A stretch of DNA of 64,000 nucleotides from Lama glama (Eukaryota). The DNA lies in the NCBI GenBank assembly GCA_028534125.1, contig CM052841.1, forward strand, positions 29,140,001-29,204,000, in the 5' to 3' direction. A program made the position numbers and the translations under genes. The notes under the pieces are model-generated. The model ran no database searches. It had not been told where the DNA came from and worked only from the letters and a program-made list of their open reading frames with translations. Positions 1 through 15,380 of this stretch are shown here, one piece after another; the first letter of the stretch is position 1; every line of letters starts with the position of its first letter.

Positions 1-109
1 AAACAGAGACAGCACTCTATTTGATGAAGCATTGCTGTGCTTACCAAATAAGCAAGATGAGACAAAAAGTTTCTTTAAAAAAGTTTCTTTAAACACTGAG
101 AATGATTAG

Positions 110-137
110 GTATGTGTGTGTGTATGTGTGTGTGTGT
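110..137. repeat. (TG)n microsatellite with TA interruptions
   Basis: gtatgtgtgtgtgtatgtgtgtgtgtgt. Confidence 0.9.
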
Positions 138-1786
138 ATTGGGGGAGGAGTGGTATTGGAGAATATCACCAAGAGCAATGGCACTTAAGTAGTTTTTGAA
201 AGGCTGAAGCATCTGGGTGCTGAATAGAAGGGTCTCATGGGTCCTGAGGCTGCCTCTGCTTCCAGTGGTGAGAAGCTCTGGCTCAGGTGGGCTGCTGCCC
301 CCTGCCTCTGATCTCCCTCCCATCACTCTCTTGCTGGCACCTCCTGAGGATTCATGACCTGGGACTGACATGTAGCTCCCTCCGCACTAGTAACATCTTC
401 CCATGACTGTGCTGGTTTTCCTGCCAAGGTCTAACTATCCCTCGGGGACATCTGTTGGATTTTATACATGCTTTACTAGATTGGGAGCTCGCGGAGGGCA
501 CGTTCAGGCACACTACAGTGGGGAAGGAAAGTTTGGTGGGTGGAGAGTCTATGACCACGGTCTCCCAAACACCTTTCAGTCCACATCCAGGGTGGTGGGA
601 AAGTCCCCTCTGCCTTCTCCCTCACCCTTATTACCACTTGCTGCTGCTTGGGCAAAGAACCATCATCCATTGTTCATTCATTCAATTCATCACTCATTAG
701 TTTTGTAGTTTGTTTATGTCTTCACTCATATGTTCGATAAATGTTGACTGGGTTGCAATATACAATGCACCCACCAGAATCTTTCTAGGATTCGTACTCG
801 AGAATTGAAATCTCAGATTGATTTCAGTTTTCCCCTTTGGCTGGTTTCTAGTCTCACCCCATTACGTGTGCCCTAGCTTATTCTTCCTACTGTATTTAAC
901 CTAATCCACTACCATTTACCCTGTCGATGAGTCTCTCTAGTTCACATTTTGGCTTTCTCTCTTATTTCCCCTTCCCTTCCAGGTCATCTTCAGTTCTCAC
1001 TCAGATCAAATTTTCTGGACTCATCTCTATCTACTTATGACAAATTGGCATATGCTTTAGCCACAGGGAATTACCTGTTTTCCAGTGCTCCATTGTATCT
1101 TCATGCCATTGTGACTTTTCTTGGTTGGGCTGTCCTGTTGCCTGGAATTCTTCTCCCTCTTCCTCTTTTCTGCCTTTTGAAATTTCACTTATCCTTCAAG
1201 GCTGAGACATTTGAGCCCAAATGTTGCCTTTTCTGAGTAGTCTTCCCAAACCTTCCTTCAATGCTGATCTCTAGTTACTGCAAATCTGAATGCACATTTA
1301 AAAAGCACACTTTGTACTTGAGTGCTTTGCTTATATAATTTATTGATGATGCTTTGAAAACTCTTGATTTGTTTAGTGACTGTTTCACTAGACAGGGAAT
1401 TCACTGAGGGCAAGACCCTCTACTCATTGATATCCTAGTTCATTCTCCATGCAAGCGCCAAGCTTGGCACCAGGAACTGTGCTAAGGTTCTCATGGACTT
1501 CACAGGGGCAGAGATGGTTGAGTTGTGACTTGAAGGATATATTGCATTATTTCACAAATTCTAAGCATACATTTTTTTTTCACATCCTGAAACCAGGATG
1601 TGTCTTTTGCTCTATGTATATGTTTAATGTGACAGAGTACCTCTTCTACCCCAAACGTGGTATGAATTTGGCAGTGTGTTTTACAGTCTGTGACATCTTA
1701 GTATCAAGAAGATATGCTACTTAGACTCTTGTGGTTTCACATGAAACATACCAACTTGATACTTTTTAAAAAGCGTGCATGGAAGG

Positions 1787-2262
1787 TGTCTTAGTTTCCT
1801 ATTGCTGCTGAGATAAATCACCACAAATGTAGTGGCTTAAAACAACACGAATTTATTCTTACAGTTCTGGAAGTCAGAAGTAAAAAGATGAGTCTTGAGG
1901 GGCTAAAAATCAATAAAAACAGGCCTGGTTCCTTCTGGAGACTCTGGGGGAGGAATCTGTTCCTTGTCTTTTCTAGCTTCCAGAGGTTGCCTGCATCCTT
2001 GGCTTGTGGCCTCTTCCTCCATCCTCAGAGTTTCTGTATCAGTACAGTTTCTGCTTCCATTGTCACACACTTGGGCCCTCCTGCCTCCTCTTGTAAAAAC
2101 CCTTGTTTCTACATTGGGTCGACTCGGATAATCCAAGATCATCTTCCCATCTCAAGGTCTTTAACTTAATCACATCTGCAAAGTCTCTTTTGCCATATAA
2201 GGTAACAGGCTCTGGGGATTAGGATGTGAACATGTTTGGGAGGCCACTATTTAGCTTACCAT
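1787..2262 (-). mobile_element. MaLR solo LTR (MLT1C-like)
   Basis: tgtcttagtttcctattgctgct...caccacaaa...ggcttaaaacaacac...cttacagttctgga...; ends ...cttacca. Confidence 0.8.
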
Positions 2263-4263
2263 GGGAGGAATTTATTTTTAAAATGTTGATATGTTTTTAT
2301 ATCCCAAAGGTGAGACTATAGTTACGTCCCAGGAAGAGTCTAGGATTTTTCTGTTTTCCATATCTGCTCTGTCTCTACGTCTACATTCCTTCCTTCTTTC
2401 TCTGCAGAATGACTTCCTCTGCAACTCAGCTGTATATAAGAACATGATCGTTGACACTTCCTGAGTCTGTAAGTTACGGTTTCACTAGCCAGAGATTGCT
2501 CCCACCCCCATCTCTCTTCCAAATTTCCAAGGAAAAAGCTCTGATTGGCACTCTTGGGTCAATGTCACCCTTTGCTGAAGATGTAGCCAAAATTGTGGCT
2601 GAGGGAAAGGGTATAGCTCTTCAACATTGTAGGAAATGACTGCCAGCAAGGAGGCATCTCAAGGGATGCTCACCTGGTTGCATACTGAAAAATAATCCTT
2701 TGGAAGGGACAACTAGTTGTTCACCAGGGAATTAAATGAGAGGGTGACATTTCAAACAGAGTGTGCCTGCACTCGGTCAAATATTTTTCAAATAGTGAGT
2801 ATCCACAAAATATTTCTGGAATCAGGTAGAGCTGTGAAATTTCTTCAAAGTGTCTTTTTTTCCAGGGGATTTTATCTCCTTTTGCCTGGAATCCTGTGGT
2901 TCCTCTGCCTCCACCTCTCCCTCCTCTGCCATGCCATATTTTTACATTTCACCTTTTTGCCCAGAATTCTTCAGTCACTTTCTCTTTATCACAGAATAAA
3001 GTCCAAACCCTATCCTGGCATTTATGTATGAAATGATGAGCTACCTTTCCCCCACCTAGGATAGGAGAATAGTCATGCCAATTTCACAGATATGTTGAGA
3101 AGATTAAGTGAGTATTAGGGATTGTTACCCTTTGCCACACATCTCCACTGTGAGTCCTCTGCTCTTTCAGGTTGGCTTCCCGTGGTTCTCCAAGCATGTC
3201 TTAATTATTCTTACGGCTAATTATTGTTTGGCCTGGGACTCCAGCCTTGGAAATGCCTGACTCTCATCTCCTACCTTAGCAGTCCAGCACATTTCTTCAG
3301 GCCCTGCGAGGCTACAAATATTTTCTTACCTCTTCATTCTAAGAGCAGCTCTACTCTGTTCTATGCAGAGTCTTGGAGTAGACTACGTAGCCCTACGTGG
3401 GTGTGACAGTCACACTTTGCCTTCCTGGTGGCCATTTGGCTTCTCCGCAAAGACTTTCAGTGCTGAAGAGCTAAACTCGGTCTTCCCATCCCCTTTTCTC
3501 GGCAGCTTTAATTAGATAGCTGCAACATGTAATTATCTTTTTAGTCATGACAGTCTTGCCTTTTAATACAATTTTCAGTTCTTTCAGAGGAACAAAGTAC
3601 CTGCTGGAAAGGCACTGATTGCATTTATACCTCAAATGATAATTTCATGCTGTTAGTAGTTAAACCAGTGCTACCACTTTTCTTTTATTTTCGTCCACAT
3701 CTACCATTCCTTGGGGGAGAGGATTTGCCATTACAGGGCTTGAGATTATTGTGACAATGCTTAGAACAGGTCTCTGAACAGAAAGAAGGCAAAGAAAACC
3801 TTCCTGGTTGGTGGCTGTTGCTACTTGAACCAACTTTACTTAAGGCACTTTAGATTACTCTTAAACAGTATTTGAATTTTCGAAGAAGTTTCTGTTGTGA
3901 AAGGTTTGCTCCTTTTTCTCCCTTTTGTATTCTTTCAGTCCTTTTACTGTTTATATACAAATATATCCATATCTATATACCTGGTTTAGTTTTTATAAAA
4001 ATTGGGATTTTGTATTTACTTTTATATTTACTTTATGTATTTACTTTTAAAAAAGACTTAACAATATACCAATGACACCTTTTCATGTCATTATATAAAG
4101 ATTTAACTATTCTTAATGGCTCCAGGCAGCAGCACAATTGATCTATATTTTTCTCCTATTGATCAACACATGTTATTTCCAATTGATTCTTGCATTCTGA
4201 TTTCTTTACCTTAAAAGATATTAAAAAGATAAATGACCACCACACTCCTATTCACAAATTCAG

Positions 4264-4683
4264 TGTTAAGGGTTAAATTTCGTCACTTCAAAATTCATAT
4301 GTTGAAATCTTAGCCTCTAGTACCTCAGAAGGTGACCTTATCTGGGAATAAGGTCACTGTGGATGCAATTAGTTGAGATAAGGCCATACTGGAGTAGGGT
4401 GAGCCCCATACTGGTGTCCTTATATTTGGATACAGATCACCGGGAGAATATTCTGTAAAAATAAAAGCAGAGATCAGGGTGATGTTTCTATGAGCTGAAG
4501 AAAGCCAAAGATTGCCAGAAACTCACCAGAAGCTAGGAGGGAGGCCTGGAACAGATCCTTTCTCACAACCCTCAGAAGGAACCTATCCTGCCAATACCAG
4601 ATCTTGGACTTCTAACCTCCAGATCTGTGGTTTAATACATTTTTATTGTTTAAGCCACCCAGTTTGTGCTGTTTTGTTAAGAC
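4264..4683 (+). mobile_element. MaLR solo LTR (MLT1B/C-like)
   Basis: TG...CA termini, caaaattcatatgttgaa...ccagaagctagga...ttaagccacccagtttgtg; near TSD ttcag/ctcag. Confidence 0.85.
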
Positions 4684-5732
4684 AGTATTAGCAAATTAAT
4701 ACACTCAGTCTTAAAAAAAAAAGGTGTTCAGTGCACGAGATAAAGAATATTGGGGCAAAAATCCATGATGTTGAGTGAAAGCCTTTCTAGGATGACTGTG
4801 TTGTGCAATTGTGTCTATTCAATGATATATCTGTAAGATAATGACTGTAATACAACCCAAGGCTTCCAGCAAGTGGCTCATACTATAGAAAAGTAATGGG
4901 CTGAATGTTTGGTAGAAGCCAGGTTAATGACCAGAGATCAGGAATGGTAACAAAGAAATAATTACTGAGAACTTTCCACAGACAAGGGTGTGGTAACCCA
5001 GGCCTCTATCTGGTAAGCTGTCTTCTGGCTTTTAATCATATCAGGTAAAATAAACAAGTAAATAATGATAAATCATCTCTAGAGAATTTAGTCTTCCTCT
5101 ACTTCCATTAATATCACCTTCACGGAAGCCCTGTGTTGGTCTGAGTCTGAGATATTGGCAGCGCATGATGGCTGATCCAGTTTTCCAGGGACTCTCAGGG
5201 CACGGGACTGAATATTGTGTGTGTTACATGAATGTGCTTTGCCCCAAGTCACAGGGCACTGTCACTCCTCTGAACCTCTAGACTCTTTTCATGCTCTATT
5301 TCTTAGGCAATGAAATGGTAACTACAAGACATTATATGATAACATTTTATTATAGTTATATTTAAAACTCCACAGGAACAGGGATTTTGCCTGCTTTATT
5401 CACCTGAGCACACCACTGGGCACATAGTAGGTGCTCAACAATTTTTTTTCTAAATAATGAATTGCACATACATGTGTTTTACAACTTCTTTTTCCAGTGT
5501 TATTTGAAGTTAAAATACCTGTGCTGGACAACAACACCCCTTCTCTGCTGGCCAGATATGACTCATAGACCACCAGTTGAAGCCTTTGCTCTATAAGTAC
5601 TCCATAGAGCCCAAGGCAATTATCTCTCTGTACCCCAGCAGTTCCTGGTATGAGCATGGTAGAGATCAAAGGGCAGCAAATAAACGCACAAGGAAATCCA
5701 AGTCATGTTTTGAACTACTGAGTTTTTTTTTT

Positions 5733-5738
5733 TTTATT
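5733..5738 (-). terminator. Distal poly(A) signal AATAAA of TRPM3
   Basis: tttatt on the + strand. Upstream UGUA at 5752-5755 and downstream GU/U-rich ttgtgcgtttattt (~5678-5691). Repeat density rises beyond it. Confidence 0.65.
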
Positions 5739-6417
5739 GCAAAACATTTGTTACAGAAATTTCAGAAAGTTTTTCCCGTGGTATCTGCCAACTTCTGCTT
5801 CGAATTATATATCTAAACAAACAAGCTCAAAGTGCATTGTGAATCCAGTAATAGACCTTTAAAAAAGAACAATTCCTCTAAGGATTTTTATGTATTTATA
5901 ATGTCGATTGATATGCAAACTGCTGTCTGTCTATACACAAAGAAGGAAAAGATGTATATATCTTTAAGAAACCCAATTGCAAAATTGTTTTATTTATAGG
6001 AATTCATTTAAAAATGATATCTGAATAATTTTCCCCATTATAAACTATGGTTAGAATGCTTACAAATGAGAGTCTAAGTTCTGTATTACGAAACGACTAT
6101 GAGGACAGTCTACTGCATGTACTGTTTTGCACAGCAAGAGCAGCAATATAAACTCAGGTCAGACGCTGCAGTGACAGGAAGCAGGTAAGCCTTGATACAA
6201 TGCTACGGTACTCTTCTTCTGAATCTCCCTCACGAAGATCCCACTTTTAGGGCCAGAATGATGCAGCTAGCAAGGATACATACACAGATTACTTGGGAGA
6301 ACAGAAATAACCCTGAATAGGGTGAGTTCCTTTCCCTCCCACTTCAATTCTTGGTGTATTTCACAGAGACACTCCCTAAGTTGGAATCAGGTATATGATC
6401 CCGGTTGGCTTCAATTC

Positions 6418-6638
6418 AGAGGTCCCAAACTACTGTCTCTGGGACCAAAAGCTGCTGGCAGACACAGTTGTTTGGCTAGCACAGTGTTTGCAGATCTGAA
6501 CGTGAATGTCTCTGTAGTAGGACACGAGTTCCCTCATGCCCTGTAAACCCTACTTCCTCCCGTTTGTCTCACATGGGTCCATCTAGCACATTTGTGTTCT
6601 GGATCCAGCCCCTCCACATATCTGAGTTTACAACCCCA
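6418..6638. mobile_element. hAT-Charlie MITE (MER102-like) inside the TRPM3 3'UTR
   Basis: Ends ...ctgagtttacaacccc and begins gaggtcccaaact..., resembling MER102 termini. Confidence 0.55.
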
Positions 6639-9018
6639 CAATCTAGATGCTGATTCCTGGTGCTGATGGTATGTGGGAAGTTGGGGGGAAGATGTGAGGG
6701 ACTCTCTTGGGACTCAGGCAAAGCACTGATGAAGCCGATGCCAACACCAGTCCAGCTGGGAACATGGGGTAGAGGAGGAGGGAGGAAGCTAAGTGAGCGG
6801 GATGAGCAGGGCTGGATAAAGTCTGCAAGTTTGACTTTCTCCAAAGAGCCAGTGTTTCAGCTGACTATGCCAGGGTCCACAGGGTATCAAGGTGATGGGA
6901 GCAAGAGTCAACTGGTCTGGCAAAAAAAACCATCTTGTGCTGGGCTAAGAGTAAGGAAGAAGGTTAAGGGAGTAAAGAAGGCTGCACATCCAGGGACAAG
7001 GCTGAACTTCCCTCCTTGTCCCACCTCTCTCAGCAATCTGCCTGCTCCAGAGGAAGGCCTATATCCTTTTCATCTCCCAGCACACAAACATTGTGCAAAC
7101 AGGCAATGGCCTGAAGGTTTAATGGGACCATAGAATAAGTTAGGAGAGGGAAAATTCAGCTCACTCTTGCTGCCATCTGGATTACTTGGCCACCAAAATC
7201 CTTTCTTAGACGACATGTAGAAACTGTCCTATCTTGATTTCATTAGCAGTGATCCACGCAAGGAATTCATCAGAGAAAGGTAACACAAATACCTTCTCAA
7301 CTGAATTTAAAAAGAAAGGAAAAGAAAAAAAAATCTTGTTTTCCTTAAATCAGAGCCAACCCCTCCTTTGGTTGACTCCAATCTGAGAAAGAGAATGTTT
7401 GACTTATAAAAAGAAGAGAAAGCTTGGCCAGTGCAGGCTGAGAGAAGAGTTTCCTCTACTTAATTGAAAAGCAGTCATTTATCAGACTGTGCAAATGGGA
7501 TCCTCTCTTTTCCAGATGTTGAATAGCTTCTAACAACGAAACGGTGATTTCTTTAAAGGGCAAACTCCTCAGAGTCACCCAGTGCTCGATCAGACACCCA
7601 GTCACCCGCCTCTTGCCCTCCCCCAGGCCAGGCTCACACACAAGGTGAGAAAAGCCACCTGGTAGGAGGGTGATCACGTGTTGCATCATTGGATTCATTC
7701 AGAATGATCTGTGGATTTTTACACTGTCACGAATGGACCTCTGATTCTCATCTCTGGTTTAGCAAATTGTATCCAATGGCCCTAAAGAATCAGAAACGTG
7801 TCTTTCATGTACCACAGATGCACCAACACCTAGACCTTAGTAAACCCAAGCAGTGTTGGCTAACTCTCTCTGGGTCACATAGCTATATGTCTTGTAGTTA
7901 ATACTTTATTCCATATTACTTGTTCAGAGCTTTAAAAAAGATAATAAAAAAGCCCTCGTTACTTTTTTGTTTTTAATTTTAAAAAATTGGACATAATCCT
8001 CAAACAGTGTAAGAAGCCCAACAATCTGAGTGAGTTCCTAACGGGTTTAAGGGTCACAGCAGGCAATAGTAAAATGTTAAGTGCCTTTCAGAAGTCAAAA
8101 GAAATGCATAAAGCAGTGCATGCATTTTGTTGCCACAAAATTAAGACTGGATTTGGAGAGGGATTACTTCATTTAAGTCACATTGCTATTGTTAAAGAAT
8201 AGTGAGTTATAATGCAATATCTAGAACAAGTATATAACCACCTACACACTAGTATCACTTTATCTAGAAACAAACATTTTAGTGTTACTACATGAACATA
8301 TTTATAAAATACTGTACACTGCTTCCACACTGGGTTAGCAGATGTAAACAAACAGCTAATTCAACTGGAGCTTAAAATATTATTTTCAGTTCATTTGTCA
8401 TATAGTCTTTTGCATCACATGCCAGTTTGTCTTTCACAAAAATCACAACTTGCCTACCACAGCTGGCTGGGCTGGTAAGAGAATGCACATCAGCTTATAC
8501 AAATATTTTACAGTCGTCTACGGGAATGTGAAAAACACAAAGCAGGTCAGGAACAAAAGTGCCCATTTCACGAGGATGCTAAATAACATGGAATTGGGAA
8601 CATAATTAATCCTTGCAACATGTGCTTCTTTATTGAATGTTACAGATTCTTAAATGATTATAAAGCTGTCCTGTAACGTTCATTAATATAACCACATGCT
8701 ACAGCTATGCTGAGTTAAACACGGGTTACATATATGTTTATAGGTGTTTTATAATACAGCATCACCCAACACATTGGTATAGCCTACAGACACAGCATGA
8801 TGGATGACTGGATAATAGTTATTATCACTATAGAAGTTAAACAGCCCAAACGTTCAGGAGGATTAGACCGCACAGCCTCAGAAAGTGGGATGAATGCACT
8901 ATCCAGTTATCTACCATAATTTATCTATAGAAACTGTCTTTTAGAATGCATTTGAAACATTCAGAAGAAAACACATTTTGTGTTTTTGCAAGTACATTTT
9001 TCTCATTTAATCATTCTG

Positions 9019-9052
9019 ATATATATATATATATATATATTTTTTTTTTTTT
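9019..9052. repeat. (AT)n plus poly-T tract in the 3'UTR
   Basis: atatatatatatatatatat followed by a T run. Confidence 0.9.
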
Positions 9053-11904
9053 AAAAGGGGGAACTTACCGAGTGCTAAATAATATCCTAGACCTGGAAGC
9101 TTAGACTTAAAAAAAAATTCAGTTCTGTAAAGTGCTGCATTCTGACCCCTAATACACCTTCTGACTTGGAGAAATACACAAACTAGCCATGACAATTATA
9201 CCCAAGCTTTCCAGCTCCATTCAAATCCATCAAGGAGGGAGTTTCTCAGCATAAATAGAACATATGTTGGTTAATCAGGAATTTCCATGGTCATTTTCAT
9301 TAAATATCCTTATATTTTTTTCCCAAAAGGACTGAGAAATTTAGAATAAATCATTACATATGGTAGTATATAAAAACTGGCACCTTAGAAGCAGATGATT
9401 AAACCAAAGCTATTACTTCCATGGGCTCTCTATGACTTTATTTATGTTCCTCAATAACTTGCTGCTCATGAGCTGCTAAATTCACAGAGACAGGTAATTA
9501 ACATCCCCTCGATCAGGGACATGGTGAAATAAATGAGCTGGACACAAGCTAACTGTACAAGGCCACTGGTGTGCAGAACACCCAGAGATGGAAAGAAATG
9601 GATGGAAACAACACACATGGAAGTGCACAGGAGGGAAATGGCTCATAAAAGTTACACAGTGTGTGTTTAAAGTCACTTAAACTTGGCTTGTATATTTCAC
9701 ACAGTTCACAAAAGATGAAGAACTTCATTTTCATGCACAACAAAAGGACCAGTAGTCAGGTCAGGACTGCTAATACTTCATTTCCCAGGTGCTATTCTGT
9801 TCTCTCTAGAAATCACGATAAATAGAAAAGCTCATGCTCACAATTTCTTTCCCCTACTTTCAATCTGGCCCTGGAGGTGCTGTCACATCCTGCTCTGTGG
9901 TCAAAGAATAACGATTTCACCTACTTCTTGGATTCCTCTTCAGACTGAGAGAGCCTTCTGGCTTTTTAAGTGTGCTCTGTACTTAATATCATCAAATGTT
10001 AGTACGTAAGTACGTCAAACTAGCAAAAGCTAACGTAAGGAACAAAAGTCACAAAATCCTGCTTCAAACTCTGGTGCTGAGACTTGGCCTTCCTGAGTCA
10101 CAGAGAAATGGTCTCGAAATGTAAAGTGCCTATTACAACTGCATTGATTATGAACAAACATGGTTCCTCCTCCTCATTATCAATCAACATGAAACCAGGG
10201 ATGCATGAACCCTTTAAGGTTTATTGCAACTTTGCATGTATGTATATTTTTTTTCTGGGGCAAGGGCCCAGAGCTTTCATTAGATCCTCATAGAGATTCA
10301 TGACTCAAGTTTAAGGGTAACTGATTTAGTCTCAGACCAAATGCATATTTGCTGAGGGAGAAACAGCCAATATAGGGTCCAATAAAAATAAAAGTGTTTC
10401 TAGAGCAGTTATAGATGAGGGACTCTGGTGGCTTGTTTCTTATTCACTTAAACCCAAGGAGTGGAAAAGGAATTCTTTAATTCTTTATATATGGCCACAT
10501 CATTATTTCTACACCTGAAAAGCTCGTTCAGAGGGTTTTTGCTTTTTGTTTTAAATATTTAAAGGCTAGAGATTTTGTCCATGTATTTCATTGATTTCAT
10601 ATAATGAGAAAATTTGGAGTTCACAACTACAGCTAAACAAAATAATCAGGTAGTATTTGGGGCCAGGAACATTAAGTCTTTTACCTTAAAGACTTCTATT
10701 CTCTTTTAAAGCAGTGATCCAAATAGGAATCCAAGGATTAAGATTTTTTTTAATCCAACTTTAAATCCATACTCTGAGCTAGAAATATATGCCTATATTC
10801 TAGAGTCCACAATACTATCTGGTTTAGAATCACGTGTCTATTCTGATTGTACTTGGCATAGTTGCTTTGTGCAGGAGAAACCAGGCTAAAAGAGATAGCA
10901 AGTGCTCCTGGACATAAAAGGGACAGAGGGCAGGTAGGGAGTCATGTTGGCAACTCTGGTTTGGTACAAGGAAAAGCTAAGGTCATAGGGATTCAAAAAA
11001 TAATAATTTCAACATCTGTCAGAATTTAATATAATGAACTCTTTCAATGAAACTCCTTGGATATTAAAAAATCCTGGTTATATCTCAAGGTGATAGAAAA
11101 GTCCAAGCCTTTTAAGAAAGCTCTATATGTCTGTTTATATACTATATATTAACATGTCTCTCTGTGTAAATGATTATATATGTATATAAGCAGCATATAC
11201 TAAAGAACTCTTTATATGTTTATTTGCTTCTTATTTTAGCCTACTGTATCTTTTTTATAGCTCTGTATATAAGAAAAATATTCATGGTATGCCTGTAACT
11301 GATGGCTTTGGGTTGATACCAAACTCCCAGTCAATTCTAAGGTTATTTATGGTTTTGAAACTTCCTTAGAAAGTGCTCAGGAACATTTCCATAAAAAAGA
11401 CACCAGCCCTTGAAAAACTCCAATTAAATTGATGCTAAACTCAGATTAAATGTCAGAACTCTAGATACGAAAATATCTACATGTAACCAGATATTCACAT
11501 AGAAAATGGTCATGTGATGAATGGTGTGGAAGATTGGCAGTTACATCCCGGAGATGTTCAGAAGACGTGGTGGACTCACACACACGATGAAGGTCAGACA
11601 GCAGCATAACGCATGACATGGATGGTGAGGCTCTAACAGTCTCCCACATGGCAGTTTTAGGTGAGTTCTGCCTACTGTTCTTTTTTCTTTTTTTTAAAAT
11701 TCACTATTACATATTCAGTGAGTGACTTCATTGATGATAGGTGAGATAAAAAATAAATTAAAAAATATAAAATTATTTAATTACATTCATCCTGAGCTTG
11801 CTCGACTATACTTGAATGCCCACTGTATATAATAAACTACTTGACATTTGTTTTTAACATCAACTCTTCCTTCATTTTGACTGCAATACAAAAAGGCATT
11901 TCTT

Positions 11905-11912
11905 TTCCCTTT
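11905..11912 (-). promoter_or_regulatory. miR-204/211-5p 8mer seed site (AAAGGGAA) in the TRPM3 3'UTR
   Basis: ttcccttt on + gives AAAGGGAA on the mRNA, matching seed UCCCUUU plus A1. A second 7mer-A1 site lies at 12350-12356. Confidence 0.55.
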
Positions 11913-11915
11913 ATT
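11910..11915 (-). terminator. Candidate proximal poly(A) signal AATAAA (ATTAAA also at 11776-11781)
   Basis: Canonical hexamer ~680 nt after the stop codon, followed by U-rich sequence. Confidence 0.4.
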
Positions 11916-12591
11916 TTCTTCAAAAAAGATAAAAGTTGTGGCACCAGAAANNNNNNNNNNNNNNNNNNNNNNNNNNNNNNNNNNNNNNNNNNNNNNNNNN
12001 NNNNNNNNNNNNNNNNNNNNNNNNNNNNNNNNNNNNNNNNNNNNNNNNNNNNNNNNNNNNNNNNNNNNNNNNNNNNNNNNNNNNNNNNNNNNNNNNNNNA
12101 TCAGTCATCAGTGATGGAGCCAATGTGAAAAGAAAACAGAATTGAAGTTTAGAATATCTCATTTGTATGCGGGGGACTTCTTATTTTATTTTGCAATTTA
12201 GCCCTGCATCCTAAAGCTCTTGATAACGGTCAGAAACAGGAAGTTGCCTCCTGGCACGGAGAATGCTTGAAGCCCCATTCATTCCCAGAGCTCATGGCTT
12301 TCTGAAGTGACTAGTGATACACATTCAGCTCCACCCTTCATCTCCCACTTTCCCTTCCCTACCCATCAAGGGTGAACATGACTTAAATCCCCTGTGTTTG
12401 GCACTGGGCCAGATCAAATGCTTTCTTGATCTGTAGCCCAGAAGTCACCTTTGAGTTAATACCTCCCAAGGCATTACTTGTTTTGCTCACTAAGGATAAA
12501 GTAGGTAAGTTTCAAGGATAGGGAACAGATGAATTTGGGAAAGAATTTTAGAGCTGGATTTTCGAGCCTTCTGCAAAGCTTATTAGAAGGT

Positions 12592-14044
<1,453 letters not shown>

Positions 14045-15380
14045 CTGGGTGGGAAGAGAGAACAAGAGTCACGAGGGGCTGGTTCCTCCTCGGGAGGTTT
14101 GAGAGCAGGGACAGAGGGAACAGAGCTGCGCCCGGGCCTCGTTGCTATCACTATCCCACCAGAGGGGCTGTGGTTGGCGAGGGGGGTGAGGAGGAGAGAA
14201 TGGCAGGGACCCTGTCACTGAGAATCACAGAACCCTAATTTTTTTTAACTAGAAGAGGCTTTAGAGATTATTGCATCCAGTGATAATCTTTTTAGCTACA
14301 AGTCCTCTTTTCCCTCAGTGAAATTTAACACTCAACCCCAATAAACAAACACTGAAGTCAAGTAGTTCTTGAAGTGGAGTGGGGCCAAAGTCCCACCCTT
14401 TCCCACCCTCCTGGCTTTGCTGTGGCCTGGGGCTGGGTTCAATGACCTCAATAAGCGTTAGAGTGTTGGCCTGTCGCCAACAACATAAGAATGTTACATT
14501 TGGATGACTTTACCCAGAATTCTGCAGTAGAATTGTAGAATGTAGCTATTCTTATCACAGTGTACATGTAAAATGTGTATTCTATGGACTGGGATTGTAT
14601 ATATTTTGCATTTATATAATAATCTTTTGTCGTTGTTAGTAACAATAATCTTTTTAGAATGTAGTGCCTCCAAAGGAACTGCTATGTTCCTGTTCCAGAG
14701 GCACCTGGAGTTGATCTAATCCAACCCAATCTTTTCATTCACAAAGGAAAAGCAAACATCAAGAAATTGAGCCAAGATTATGTAAAGTAATTTGTGGTGA
14801 ACTCTGGAGTGACTATCAATAAGTAAACTTTCCTCCTCTCTCTCATCTTCCCTGGGTAGCTTTATATTACACAGATGCTTTATCTTACAGTTATTTCTAC
14901 AGGTCTTAACCCTTCCCATTGGAAATTCTTAAGGGTTGATCTGAATCATATTCCTGTTTCCACTTCCATGATGCCACCTCAATCCCTGCCAGGTGTCCAC
15001 AGAGGCTCACTGAGTTAATTACTGTGATGAACTTGATTTCAATTGTCTAATAGGTTGCCTGGCCTTTTATTTATAAAGAGAGAGACCACATATTTAAAAT
15101 AAAATTGTGCCATCTTTCTCACTTGCTCAAATTATCTTGCAAAGGGCAAACCAAAGCCAAGTTTTAGTTTGAGCTCAAACTTCCATTTTTAAATGCCCAA
15201 AGGCAAATTTTTTGGAGAATCTAAATAAGATCCAATCACAACTTTTTTTGGAGAGGATAAATATACTTTTCCAATATTTTCAATATGTATGGCAAATCAC
15301 TTGACTGCTGACCCTTAAAAGGAATATGGTCATGCTTTACAAGGAATGGTGGGAATTAGAGCTGGGTCCCCTCAGCTGTT

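Larger units (their letters stand above)
5710..12591 (-). other. TRPM3: TRPM3 long 3'UTR (~6.9 kb)
   Basis: Repeat-poor, AT-rich sequence from the stop codon to a well-formed poly(A) site near 5710-5738. The exact end is inferred. Confidence 0.7.

Noticed and set aside
6660-7133. 157-aa + strand ORF
   Set aside because: Antisense to the 3'UTR, non-ATG start in the track, and no recognisable domain.
14045-14151. N-terminal 'MIATRPGRSSVP...' extension of the 519-aa ORF
   Set aside because: It lies upstream of the splice acceptor at 14045 and is open intronic sequence, not protein.
14156-14170. CTCF-like CCACCAGAGGGGCTG
   Set aside because: Imperfect 3' half; cannot be distinguished from chance.
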